The notes beneath the pieces were generated by a model. The model made no database searches. It had not been told where the DNA came from and worked only from the letters and a program-made list of their open reading frames with translations. Shown one piece after another: positions 18,533 to 28,130 of a stretch of DNA of 64,000 bases; the stretch's first letter is position 1, and each line of letters opens with the position of its first letter. Position numbers and translations under genes: made by a program. The stretch comes from Candidatus Multivoradales bacterium (GTDB lineage: Bacteria > Acidobacteriota > Thermoanaerobaculia > Multivoradales > Multivoraceae), in assembly GCA_965223325.1 (NCBI GenBank), contig CBDCWI010000002.1:2752001-2816000 (forward strand), given 5' to 3'.

Positions 18533-20233
18533 CTAGGAAGCGTAGGGAAAGAAGTCGATGATCTCGCCGCGCCGGTTGCGGTCCTGAATGTCGTTCCACA
18601 TCTCAGAGGTCAACAAGTCGGCGTGGTGTTCCAGAAAGGCTTCGCGCAATGGGTCGTCAAGCCCCAGGAAGCGCTCGAACTCCTCCGGAAAAACGTCACC
18701 GGGCCTGACGCTGAACCATGGTTGGTCATCGAGCTCCTGATCGACGTGCTCTGCCTCGGGGATCTTGCGGAACTTGCACTCGGCCAGCGAGCGCACCTCG
18801 TCATAGTCGTAGAAGACCACCCGGCCATGGCGGGTGACCCCGAAGTTCTTGAGCAGCATGTCGCCGGGGAATAGATCCGCCGCTGCAAGCTCCTTGATGG
18901 CGTGACCCCAGTCGACCACTGCCTCACGTTGAAGCTCCGGTGACTTCTGACGCAGGTAGAGATCGAGGGGAGTCACTCGTCGACCCACGAAGAGGTGGCG
19001 TATGAGTACATCGTCACCGCGCAACTCGGCGCTCTCCCCGCACTCTTCGAGCAGCTCGGTGAGCACTTGATCCGAGAAGCGCGCCCGTGGGAACTCGAGG
19101 TACTCGAACTCCTGAAAGTCCACCAACCTGCCAACGCGGTCGTGCAGCAGCACCTGACGGTAGCGATCCAGAACCTCGCGACGCGTCACACTCTTGGTAC
19201 TCGGGAACCGGTCACGAATCACTTTGAAGACGAACTCGAACGACGGCAGAGTAAAGACGGCCATCACCAGGCCGCGTTGTCCAGGAGCAGAAACGAACTG
19301 CTCGACACTGCCCGAAATGCGCTGCACGAGATCACCGTAGAACTCGCTCTTGCCGTGCTTGTTGTACCCCAGCGAAATGTAGAGCTCAGCGATGCGCTTG
19401 CGCGGCATGAGCGAATGCAGGAAACCGATCACGTGGCGCGGACTATCGGTGACCGCATGGAAGTACCAGCTCGCAAAGCTGAAGAGAATGCTCGTCTGGT
19501 TCGTGTCGGTGACGGTGGCGTCGAGCTCGAGGCCCTCGGTCGTGTGCAAGAGAGCCAGCACCACGGGGAAGACCGTCTCGCCGTTCTTGCGAACCCGGCC
19601 AATGATGTAGGCCGCCTTGTTGCGAATGAATACCGGTTCGAGAAAGTCGAGAGCATCGAAGCCCGCCATCTCGCGGCGCGAGAGCGCCTCTTCGACGGCC
19701 CGGGCGGCCCTGCCGGCCGCTCCATCGAGATCGCGGAACCGGGCGCGCAGGCCTGCGTCGAGAAGAACCCGGCGAAAGACGGCGGCTGACGGTCGGTGCA
19801 CCGCGTACATGCGGCCATTCGACATTTCCCAGCCTTTGAAAGGAAGCGGAAAGTCGCGCGACAGGTAGTCGATGCCGGGGTCGATGCCGGCGTGGGCGAA
19901 CACACGCCTGGTGAGCGAATTGTGGAAGGTCTGGGCCAACTCGAAATCGTCCCGACCGAGAACCGCCAGCGAGTAGGCCTCCTTTAGTCCAACCCAGACT
20001 TCTCGATCGTCGATCCCATCACCGATCTCATCGCGCAGCTCGCCCAGGGTCTCGCCCACCGAGCGACGGTGCAGCGTCAGGCGCCTGACGGTGTCGCGGC
20101 GGATGCCCTCCCAATCTCTCTCTTCGAAACGCTCGACGACACGCCGCGTGATGGAGCGATAGGTGTCGTGAAACTCCTCGAAACCGCGCAGGACGATGTC
20201 TGCACCGCGCTCCGCCTCAGTGCGCACCGGCAC
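18533..20233 (-). CDS. aceK: Isocitrate dehydrogenase kinase/phosphatase
   Basis: RNKAAYIIGR, GYNKHGK, APGQRGLVMAVF, HDRVGRLVD, FPGDMLLKNFGVTRHGRVVFYDYDE. Confidence 0.96.
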   Translation of the reverse strand: MPVRTEAERGADIVLRGFEEFHDTYRSITRRVVERFEERDWEGIRRDTVRRLTLHRRSVGETLGELRDEIGDGIDDREVWVGLKEAYSLAVLGRDDFELAQTFHNSLTRRVFAHAGIDPGIDYLSRDFPLPFKGWEMSNGRMYAVHRPSAAVFRRVLLDAGLRARFRDLDGAAGRAARAVEEALSRREMAGFDALDFLEPVFIRNKAAYIIGRVRKNGETVFPVVLALLHTTEGLELDATVTDTNQTSILFSFASWYFHAVTDSPRHVIGFLHSLMPRKRIAELYISLGYNKHGKSEFYGDLVQRISGSVEQFVSAPGQRGLVMAVFTLPSFEFVFKVIRDRFPSTKSVTRREVLDRYRQVLLHDRVGRLVDFQEFEYLEFPRARFSDQVLTELLEECGESAELRGDDVLIRHLFVGRRVTPLDLYLRQKSPELQREAVVDWGHAIKELAAADLFPGDMLLKNFGVTRHGRVVFYDYDEVRSLAECKFRKIPEAEHVDQELDDQPWFSVRPGDVFPEEFERFLGLDDPLREAFLEHHADLLTSEMWNDIQDRNRRGEIIDFFPYAS

Positions 20234-21578
20234 GCAACTGCGTCAGAACGTCTGGAAGGGCGCTTCCCAGCCAGTCTCGCAAAGGTGTCCGCTCGGTCAT
20301 CAGCGTCTCCTCGCGCTTGGGGCCGGTTGACAGCAAACCGACTTCGGCACCGACCTGCTGTTCGAGGAAATCGATATAGCCTCGCGCCGCAGTCGGTAGG
20401 TCCTTTTCGTCGACGGTGCCGGTCGTGTCTTGTTTCCAGCCCGAGAGGGTCTGGGTCACTGGCGTCACCGCCTCGAGGAGTCGGGTGTCAGCCGGCATCT
20501 CGCTGACAATCTCGCCGTCGATCATGTAGTCGGTGCACACTTCGATTTCGTCGAGCTCATCGAGCACATCGAGTTTGGTGAGCGCGATCGAGCTGACGCC
20601 TGACACCCGGCGGGCGTAGCGCGCGACCACCAGATCGAGCCAACCGCAACGCCTTGGCCGGCCGGTCGTCGTGCCGAACTCGTGGCCGCGCGCGCGCAAG
20701 TGGTCACCCACGCCGTCGTGCAGTTCGGTCGGCATCGGGCCTTCACCGACGCGAGTCGTGTAGGCCTTGAGAATGCCGATCACGCCATCGATTGCAGTTG
20801 GCGGCACGCCGGTCCCGATCGTCGCGCCTCCCGACGTCGAGTTCGAGCTGGTGACGTACGGGAAGGTACCGTGGTCGACGTCGAGCAACGTCCCCTGCGC
20901 CCCTTCGAAGAGAATGCTCTTACCGGCCGAGCGAGCCCGATCGAGCTCGAGCGAAACGTCACACAGGTAGGGCGTCAAGCGCTCGCGGTACTCCTCGCAA
21001 CGTTTGAGTGTCTCGCCGAGCAGGCCGTCGGCAGTCACCCCCATGCCGCGCAGCTCTGATTCGATCTTGCCGATCTGCGCGGTGAGGCGGCGCTCGAGGT
21101 CGGGAGCACCGAGATCGCACATGCGTAGGCCGAACCGAGAGGCCTTGTTCTCGTAGGCCGGGCCGATCCCACGCGAGGTGGTTCCGATCTTGTCGTCGCC
21201 GGCGGACTCTTCGCGGGCGTGATCGAGCACCGTATGGGCGTGAATGAGAACGTGCGCGCGATCGCTGATGAACAGTCGCCCGGTCAACTCGACGCCTGCT
21301 TCCTCGAGCTGGCCGACCTCTTTGAGAAACGCCTCAGGCGAGATGACCATGCCGTTGCCGAGGTAGGCGACCGTCTCCTCGTGCAACACGCCGGAGGGCA
21401 CGAGGTGGAGGGCGAAGTGCTGATCGACGGAGTTCTTGTCGCGAAACTTGACGGTGTGCCCAGCGTTGTGGCCACCTTGGAACCTGGCGACGACGGGAAA
21501 CGCGGGACTCAGCAGGTCGACGATCTTGCCCTTTCCCTCATCGCCCCACTGCATGCCGATGATGATGACGTTGGACAC
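20217..21578 (-). CDS. purA: Adenylosuccinate synthetase
   Basis: QWGDEGKGK, RFQGGHNAGH, GTTSRGIGPAY, EGAQG, GTTTGRPRRCGWLD, TKLDVL; likely GTG start at VSNVIIIG. Confidence 0.97.
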   Translation of the reverse strand: MSNVIIIGMQWGDEGKGKIVDLLSPAFPVVARFQGGHNAGHTVKFRDKNSVDQHFALHLVPSGVLHEETVAYLGNGMVISPEAFLKEVGQLEEAGVELTGRLFISDRAHVLIHAHTVLDHAREESAGDDKIGTTSRGIGPAYENKASRFGLRMCDLGAPDLERRLTAQIGKIESELRGMGVTADGLLGETLKRCEEYRERLTPYLCDVSLELDRARSAGKSILFEGAQGTLLDVDHGTFPYVTSSNSTSGGATIGTGVPPTAIDGVIGILKAYTTRVGEGPMPTELHDGVGDHLRARGHEFGTTTGRPRRCGWLDLVVARYARRVSGVSSIALTKLDVLDELDEIEVCTDYMIDGEIVSEMPADTRLLEAVTPVTQTLSGWKQDTTGTVDEKDLPTAARGYIDFLEQQVGAEVGLLSTGPKREETLMTERTPLRDWLGSALPDVLTQLRAGAH

Positions 21579-21726
21579 TAGCGAGTCCCCCGGGGTGCGC
21601 GACAGAAGTGCCGTTCTAACGTGATGCAAACCTGGCTCATGGAATGACTTTCGGGAATCAATACCGGATGTGGCTCGAGGGCCAACGGCGATGGTACCGG
21701 TTCTGGCAGCCTTTGAGCGTCAACCG

Positions 21727-23352
21727 TCAGAGCGCTCGCACGCGCTCGCGCAGGACGAACTTGCGGACCTTGCCAGTCGAGGTCTTGGGGAGCTCACCAA
21801 AGACCACGTAGCGCGGGCACTTGAAGCCAGCCATGCGCTCGCGGCAGAAGCCGATGATCTCCTCTTCGCTGGCGGTCTCTCCGGCCTGGAGCTCGACGAA
21901 GGCACAGGGCGTCTCGCCCCATTTCTCGTCCGGGCGCGCCACCACCGCCGCCGCCGCGATCGCCGGGTGCGCGTACAGGGTGTCTTCGACCTCGATCGAG
22001 GAGATGTTCTCGCCCCCCGAGATGATGATGTCTTTGGAGCGATCACGGAGCTGGATGTAGTTGTCTTCGTGCCAGACGCCGAGATCGCCCGAGTGAAACC
22101 AGCCGCCCGCGAAGGCTTCCGCGGTCGCGGTGTCGTTCTTGAGATACCCCTTCATGACGATGTTGCCACGGAACATGACCTCGCCCATCGCTTGGCCGTT
22201 TCTCTCGACGGCGTCGAGAGAGTCGGCGTCGGCCACCATCAGTCCGTCGAGCGGCACGTAGGGGACGCCCTGGCGGGCTTTCAGTGCCGCCTGTTCGTCG
22301 GTGCTCTTGTCGCTCCATTCGTCTTTCCAGGCGCAGACAACCGCTGGACCGTAGGTCTCGGTAAGGCCGTAGACGTGAGTCACTTCGAAGCCTGCCCGTG
22401 CCATCGCCGCGAGCACCGGCGCCGGTGGCGGCGCAGCAGCCGTCATCATGCGAACCTGATGGGAGATCTCGCGCCGCTCGTCCTCCGCCGCGCCTAGAAG
22501 CAGTTGCATGATGATCGGTGCCCCGCACAGATGGGTGACCCGGTGATCGGCCAGAGCAGCCCAGATCGGGCCTGCCTCGACCCGACGCAGGCAAACGTTG
22601 GTGCCAGCGACCGCGGCCATGGTCCAGGGGAAGCACCAGCCGTTGCAATGGAACATCGGCAACGTCCAGAGATAGGTCGGGTGACGCGGCATTTCCCAGG
22701 TCAGGACATTGCCCATGGCGTTCAAGTAGGCGCCGCGGTGGTGATAGACCACTCCCTTGGGGTTACCGGTTGTTCCCGAGGTGTAGTTGAGCGCGATCGC
22801 TCGCCACTCGTCGTCGGGCAACGACCATTCGAACTCTGGGTCACCGCCTGCAATCCACTCTTCGTATTCGAGCTCTGACAGGCGCTCTCCGCGACGCTCT
22901 CCAGCCTCCGGGTCGTCGTAGTCGACGACAAGGATCTCCTGTTCGATGCCGTCCAGGGCCTCCTTGATCACCTCACTGAACTCGGTGTCGGTAACCAAGA
23001 CCTTGGCCTCGCCGTGCTCGAGAATGAAGCGTAGTGCCGCAGCGTCGAGGCGGTAGTTGAGTGCGTTGAGAACGGCGCCAGTCATCGGCACGCCGAAGTG
23101 CGCATCGACCATCGGTGGCACATTGGGCAGCATCACCGCCACCGTGTCGGAGGTACCCACCCCGGCGCGCGCTAGAACACTCGCCAGACGGCGGGCTCGA
23201 GAATGGGTCTCGGCCCAGGTATGGCGGTTCGGGCCATGAATGACCGCGGTCTGCTCCGGATGCACCATCGCCGCGCGCCGCACGAAGGAAAGCGGCGAGA
23301 GAGCGGTGTGGTTGGCGGGACAGCGCGGCAGTTCTTCGTAGGCAGTCGGCAC
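21727..23352 (-). CDS. Acyl-CoA synthetase (AMP-binding; ttLC_FACS/DmdB-like subgroup)
   Basis: YTSGTTGNPKG, LPMFHCNGW, YGLTE, GWFHSGD, KDIIISGGENISS, PKTSTGK. Confidence 0.92.
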   Translation of the reverse strand: MPTAYEELPRCPANHTALSPLSFVRRAAMVHPEQTAVIHGPNRHTWAETHSRARRLASVLARAGVGTSDTVAVMLPNVPPMVDAHFGVPMTGAVLNALNYRLDAAALRFILEHGEAKVLVTDTEFSEVIKEALDGIEQEILVVDYDDPEAGERRGERLSELEYEEWIAGGDPEFEWSLPDDEWRAIALNYTSGTTGNPKGVVYHHRGAYLNAMGNVLTWEMPRHPTYLWTLPMFHCNGWCFPWTMAAVAGTNVCLRRVEAGPIWAALADHRVTHLCGAPIIMQLLLGAAEDERREISHQVRMMTAAAPPPAPVLAAMARAGFEVTHVYGLTETYGPAVVCAWKDEWSDKSTDEQAALKARQGVPYVPLDGLMVADADSLDAVERNGQAMGEVMFRGNIVMKGYLKNDTATAEAFAGGWFHSGDLGVWHEDNYIQLRDRSKDIIISGGENISSIEVEDTLYAHPAIAAAAVVARPDEKWGETPCAFVELQAGETASEEEIIGFCRERMAGFKCPRYVVFGELPKTSTGKVRKFVLRERVRAL

Positions 23353-23395
23353 GTCGAGTCTCCAGATCAATGGCTGAGGAGACACCAGCGTACCG

Positions 23396-23860
23396 TTAGC
23401 TCGCCGACCCCGAAACCAGGTTCTTGCGAACCTCTAGAAGAGCCTTCTCGAGCGTGCTCGCCGCCCGTCTCACCTGCTTTCGCTCACGCTCATCCAATGC
23501 TTCGACGACCGCCGCCAGGTTCTCGATACGAGCACGGCGCGCCGCCTCGAGTAGCCGACGGCCGCGCGCGGTCGCTTGAACTCGACGAACCCGCCGGTCT
23601 TCCCTGGCGATCTCGACCTTGACCAGGCCGTCGCGTTCCATCGCCTGCACCATGCGGGTCATGGTGGGTGGCTTGACCTGCTCCAGCTCCGCCAGGGTCC
23701 CTAGGCGCTCGGGGCCACCGAACACCAAAACTGAAAGGACAGACAGACGCGCCGCGCTGAGCCCAAACGAACGGTCTTCTCGGCGCGCCAGCCGCAAGAG
23801 ATGGATCGCAACGGAGTGGAGCGCGGAAGCTGTCTCATCTCGTCCTCTACCTTCTGGCAT
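23396..23860 (-). CDS. MarR family transcriptional regulator
   Basis: GLSAARLSVLSVL, LAELEQVKPPTMTRMVQAMERDGLV, EDRRVRRVQATARG. Confidence 0.92.
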   Translation of the reverse strand: MPEGRGRDETASALHSVAIHLLRLARREDRSFGLSAARLSVLSVLVFGGPERLGTLAELEQVKPPTMTRMVQAMERDGLVKVEIAREDRRVRRVQATARGRRLLEAARRARIENLAAVVEALDERERKQVRRAASTLEKALLEVRKNLVSGSAS

Positions 23861-23873
23861 GCGATGAATATAC

Positions 23874-23886
23874 TTAGCTTTGCTAA
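23874..23886. promoter_or_regulatory. Candidate MarR operator (TTAGC-N3-GCTAA)
   Basis: Palindrome in the AT-rich 60-bp gap between divergent marR and ankyrin genes. Confidence 0.55.
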
Positions 23887-23921
23887 CTACTTCCAGTGAC
23901 CACCGAAGTGAGAAACGAACG

Positions 23922-24575
23922 ATGACTACGAACGACCTTCAGGCAGCGATCGAGACCGGTGACCAGGCGGCGGTTGTCGAATTGCTCACCGCCGACGCCA
24001 GCATCGCCCACCAGAAGACCGAAACCGGAATCTCCTGGGTCCTCCAGGCGATGTACTACCGGCAGCCGGCGATCGCGAAACAGATCGCAGCCGCGAAAGG
24101 GCAGCTCGACATTCACGAGGCAGCGGCCACCGGCGATGTCAAGCGCTCACAGAACCTACTCGACGAACACAACGATGCCCTCGAGGCCATCGCGCCCGAC
24201 GGTTTTCGCCCACTTCATCTTGCGGCCTTCTTTGCGCACGAGAACGTGGTCGCTCTTCTCATCGAGCGTGGCGCCGAAGTGGCGACCGCGGCCAGCAACC
24301 CCACGAGTGTCCACCCTCTGCACTCCGCCGCTGCGGCCCACTCCGTTCCGATCTGTGAGCGACTCCTAAGAGCCGGTGCGCAGGTTGACGCCCGCCAGCA
24401 GGCGGGCTACACCGCTCTCATGGCAGCAGCGATGGGCGGTAACCAGGAGCTGGTCGATCTGCTGCTCGCTCACGGTGCGGACCCAAGTCTCGAATCAGAG
24501 GCAGGGCAATCCGCCGCCGATCTGGCTCGCGAACAGGACCACAAGGTCCTCGCTCAGCAACTCGAGACGCGCTAG
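23922..24575 (+). CDS. Ankyrin repeat protein
   Basis: GFRPLHLAAFF, HPLHSAAA, GYTALMAAAMGGNQELVDLLLAHGADP. Confidence 0.92.
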   Translation: MTTNDLQAAIETGDQAAVVELLTADASIAHQKTETGISWVLQAMYYRQPAIAKQIAAAKGQLDIHEAAATGDVKRSQNLLDEHNDALEAIAPDGFRPLHLAAFFAHENVVALLIERGAEVATAASNPTSVHPLHSAAAAHSVPICERLLRAGAQVDARQQAGYTALMAAAMGGNQELVDLLLAHGADPSLESEAGQSAADLAREQDHKVLAQQLETR

Positions 24576-24646
24576 GCGCTAGACCCAGAGGGGCTCCAGG
24601 CTCCGCAGCGGGCAGCTAGACTCGGCCTTCTTGCCGCCATCGAGGG

Positions 24647-26230
24647 GTGGCTGTTCTGACGGAATCACCCGAAGGGTCGTGTTGGCGAATGAGAGTCGAG
24701 CTTCCAGTGTCTTGCCCGGAGGGCGGGCGAACTCGAGGTCCGGGAAGTCCCGCTGAACTGCGGGTGACGCCCGTACTCCTCCCCGGCTTGCTGCTGCTCA
24801 TTCTTCCAGCTCTCCTCGGAGCCCAGGCTCTCCTCGCTGGAGAGAACAGTCCATCAGCCGGCAACGCACAGCTGCAACGTATGCAGTCTGCGGCCAGAGA
24901 GCACCTGAGCGAGTACCTGCGGCTCGACACCACCAACCCACCGGGCAACGAGGTGTTGGCGACCGCCTTCTTCGGCGCCATCTTCGACCACCACGGCATC
25001 GACTACCAGGTCTTCGAGCCTGAACCTGGACGCGCTTCGATTGTGGCGCGCATCGACGGCGGAGGCGAGCCTGGCCTGCTCCTCCTCCATCACACCGACG
25101 TGGTGCCGGCCGACGCGAACTACTGGCAGGTAGCACCTTTCTCGGGCACCACCCAGGACGGCTACATCTGGGGCCGCGGAGCTCTCGACACTAAGGGCCT
25201 CGGCATTCTGCAGCTCGAGGTCTTTCTGGAGCTCTATGAGAAGGCCAAGGCTGATCCAGGTGCTCTCAACCGCGACGTCGTGTGGATGGCGACTGCCGAC
25301 GAAGAAGCGGGGGGGCAGCTCGGTGTCGGCTGGCTGGTCGAGCACCAGCCGGAGGTCTTCGACGGGCTCGGACTGGTCCTCAACGAAGGCGGCGGCGGAA
25401 TGTTGATTGGCGATCGCCCGGTCTTCTCGATCGAGGTGACGCAGAAGGTCCCGCTGTGGCTTCGCTTGACCGCCCGCGGATCGCCTGGACACGGTTCGTC
25501 GCCGCGCTCAGACAGTGCACCGCGCCGTCTGGTGCGCGCCCTCGCGCGACTCGAGCGTCATTCATTCGAAGCCCGGGTGGTGCCGGAGGTGGCGCGCTAC
25601 TTCAACGGACTCGCGGCGATCGAGGATCAACACGAGGCAGCGTTTTTTGACCTCGAGAACGCTGTCCGCGACCGAGCCTTCCTCCGTCGCCTGCAGGCCG
25701 ACAACCCGCAGCTGCACGCTCTGCTCCAGAACACCTGCGCTCTGACCTCACTCGAGGGGTCTCCCAAGATCAACGTCGTACCCACCGAGGCGATCGCCGA
25801 GCTCGACTGCCGTTTGCTACCTGACGAGAACCCAGCGCTCTTCGTCCGCGAGCTTCGCCGTGTCCTGGGTGAGCCGGCGATCGAGGTCGAGGTGCTGATG
25901 AGCTTCTCACCCACCGTTTCAACGACAGACAGCGAATTGTTTCGAGTCATCGAGCACGAGGCGCGGAAGCGTTTCCCTGATGCCCTGGTCCTGCCCTCGG
26001 TGGTCGCGGGGTTTACCGATTCCCACTTCCTGCGCGATCTCGGGATGGTTGCCTACGGCTTCAGGCCCTCACTACTGCCCGTCTCCGAGGCCTCCAGTGT
26101 GCACGGAAACGACGAGCGGATCGCGCTTTCCGACCTCGATATGGGAGTTGAGATGCTGTGGTCCATCGTGACCCGCCTGGCCGTTACGCCCCCACGCGGC
26201 GGGCTCTCGACCGGCCAGGGCCTCCCTTAG
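24647..26230 (+). CDS. M20/M25/M40 family metallopeptidase (secreted)
   Basis: DTTNPPGNE, HTDVVP, WGRGALDTKG, ADEEAGG, GHGS, KINVVP, FTDSHF, HGNDER; start uncertain. Confidence 0.92.
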   Translation: MAVLTESPEGSCWRMRVELPVSCPEGGRTRGPGSPAELRVTPVLLPGLLLLILPALLGAQALLAGENSPSAGNAQLQRMQSAAREHLSEYLRLDTTNPPGNEVLATAFFGAIFDHHGIDYQVFEPEPGRASIVARIDGGGEPGLLLLHHTDVVPADANYWQVAPFSGTTQDGYIWGRGALDTKGLGILQLEVFLELYEKAKADPGALNRDVVWMATADEEAGGQLGVGWLVEHQPEVFDGLGLVLNEGGGGMLIGDRPVFSIEVTQKVPLWLRLTARGSPGHGSSPRSDSAPRRLVRALARLERHSFEARVVPEVARYFNGLAAIEDQHEAAFFDLENAVRDRAFLRRLQADNPQLHALLQNTCALTSLEGSPKINVVPTEAIAELDCRLLPDENPALFVRELRRVLGEPAIEVEVLMSFSPTVSTTDSELFRVIEHEARKRFPDALVLPSVVAGFTDSHFLRDLGMVAYGFRPSLLPVSEASSVHGNDERIALSDLDMGVEMLWSIVTRLAVTPPRGGLSTGQGLP

Positions 26231-26363
26231 CAGCCCCGGGTTCCGCCCTTCTGACCGTCCCCGAGGCCCTCGCCACTGTAACGCCGCGGAACCTTCGAGG
26301 TCTCTTTGACGTAGTTCAGGAAATAGACCCGCATCGTGTGTGAAACCAGGAAGGAACCCCCGT

Positions 26364-28001
26364 ATGACAACGTCGCGCCGACCCCACACCCGCCTTCGCC
26401 GCGTCCGCCTCGCGGCTCCACTCTTCATGCTCGTCGCGCTCGTCGCTGGCTCTCTTCTCCAGGCCGAGTCCACCGGCGGTCCCGAGCCCAACGCCAACAA
26501 GAACATGGACCGGCCGACCTTCGTCCATGACGTCGCCCCGGTTCTGCATGAGAACTGTGCCCACTGTCATCAGCCCGGCGAGATCGCCCCGATGGCCCTG
26601 CGCTCCTACGACGAGGTCAGGCCATGGGCGAAGTCCATCGCCAAAGCGGTCAAGAACCGCGACATGCCTCCCTGGGACGCCGATCCCGGCTACGGCCCCT
26701 GGGCCAACGACATCAGCTTGTCCGATGAAGAGGTCGACATGATCGTGCGCTGGGTGGATCAGGGCGCGCCACGTGGCGAGGGCGCCGAACCTACGCCGGT
26801 AGTCGCCAGGCGAGAGAACGGCTGGCAACTCGGTGAACCAGACTGGGTGTTCGAGTTCGATCCGATGGAGATTCCCGCCGACGGTCCCGATCAGTTCAAG
26901 ATCGTGCCCATGGACACCGGCTGGAAGGAAGACAAGTGGATCTCGGGCGTCGAGGTGCTGGCCGGTGACCCTGAGGTCGTGCACCACTTCATTCTGTGGC
27001 GGGCCAACGAAGACAACAGCAACCAGGATGCCTGGCTCGCCGGCTGGGCAGCAGGCGCTGGGCCAACTCAAACACCAACCGGCACCGCTCGCCTTCTCCC
27101 CGCGGGCCGCAACCTGCTGGGTGACTTTCACTACCACCCGAAGGGTGAAGCGACCGTCGACAAGACCAGGATCGGCATTCACTTCGCCGATGCCAACGAG
27201 ATCAAGAAGGAGTTCACGAACCTCTGGGTGCTCAACGCCAACTTCAAGATCCCGGCCGGCGATCCCAACTATGAGGCGCGCGCCTCCTACGTCTTTCCGC
27301 AAGACGTCGAGCTGATGAGCCTGACGCCGCACATGCACTATCGCGGCAAGGACATGCGCTACATCGCGCACTTTCCCGATGGCACGAAGAAGGACCTCCT
27401 GTCAGTCAGTCAGTACGACTTCAACTGGCAAACCAACTACGACTTCGTCGACCCGATCAAAGCGCCCGCGGGGACCGAAATCGAGGTCATCGCCCACTGG
27501 GACAACTCAGCCGAGAACGCCGCCAACCCCGACCCCACCAAGGACATTGGTTGGGGTACCGAGTCGACCGACGAGATGCTCATCGGCTTCGTCGACTACG
27601 TCGTCAAGGACGGTGTTTCAGCAAAACCCATCAGCCTGGTGCTTGGCAAGCTGGCGGAACTCTCGAGGGCGTATCCCGGCCAGGTCTGGCGCATCGACCT
27701 GGACCGTGGCAACGGCGAAGAGCCCACCGCCGTCCACCTACCCAAGGACGGTAGCCAGGGCGGCTGGTACGTGCAGATGGGCAGCCTGGTTCTACCCGCC
27801 CCGATCAAGGATGTCGTCTGGGACGGGAACTCGATCACTGCGACCGCCCACATTCCCGGTCAGGAACCGACCCCAGTCTCAGCCACCGTTGATCCCGAGA
27901 GCGGCGAAATCGACCTCGAGATGATGGGCGGCACGATGAGAGGAGCACCGGCCGAGGCGGAAGCTGAGCGCACAGTCCAGGCGCAGCCAGTCGGCGACTG
28001 A
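26364..28001 (+). CDS. Secreted cytochrome c / copper type II ascorbate-dependent monooxygenase-like fusion
   Basis: Signal peptide, CAHCH heme motif, MPPW, VVHH, HYH, PHMHYRG, YDFNWQ, DEM (PHM/DBH-like Cu ligands). Confidence 0.82.
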   Translation: MTTSRRPHTRLRRVRLAAPLFMLVALVAGSLLQAESTGGPEPNANKNMDRPTFVHDVAPVLHENCAHCHQPGEIAPMALRSYDEVRPWAKSIAKAVKNRDMPPWDADPGYGPWANDISLSDEEVDMIVRWVDQGAPRGEGAEPTPVVARRENGWQLGEPDWVFEFDPMEIPADGPDQFKIVPMDTGWKEDKWISGVEVLAGDPEVVHHFILWRANEDNSNQDAWLAGWAAGAGPTQTPTGTARLLPAGRNLLGDFHYHPKGEATVDKTRIGIHFADANEIKKEFTNLWVLNANFKIPAGDPNYEARASYVFPQDVELMSLTPHMHYRGKDMRYIAHFPDGTKKDLLSVSQYDFNWQTNYDFVDPIKAPAGTEIEVIAHWDNSAENAANPDPTKDIGWGTESTDEMLIGFVDYVVKDGVSAKPISLVLGKLAELSRAYPGQVWRIDLDRGNGEEPTAVHLPKDGSQGGWYVQMGSLVLPAPIKDVVWDGNSITATAHIPGQEPTPVSATVDPESGEIDLEMMGGTMRGAPAEAEAERTVQAQPVGD

Positions 28002-28130
28002 GCGGCCCGAAAGACGAAACCAGGCAGCTCGCTCAAAGTGCGGCCGGAGCCCGAAGGGGTTCCGGCCCCACCACCGAGCGAGTTTGCTCGCCTGATGGGC
28101 CGTATGCCCGAGTAAGATTCTGCCCACGTT

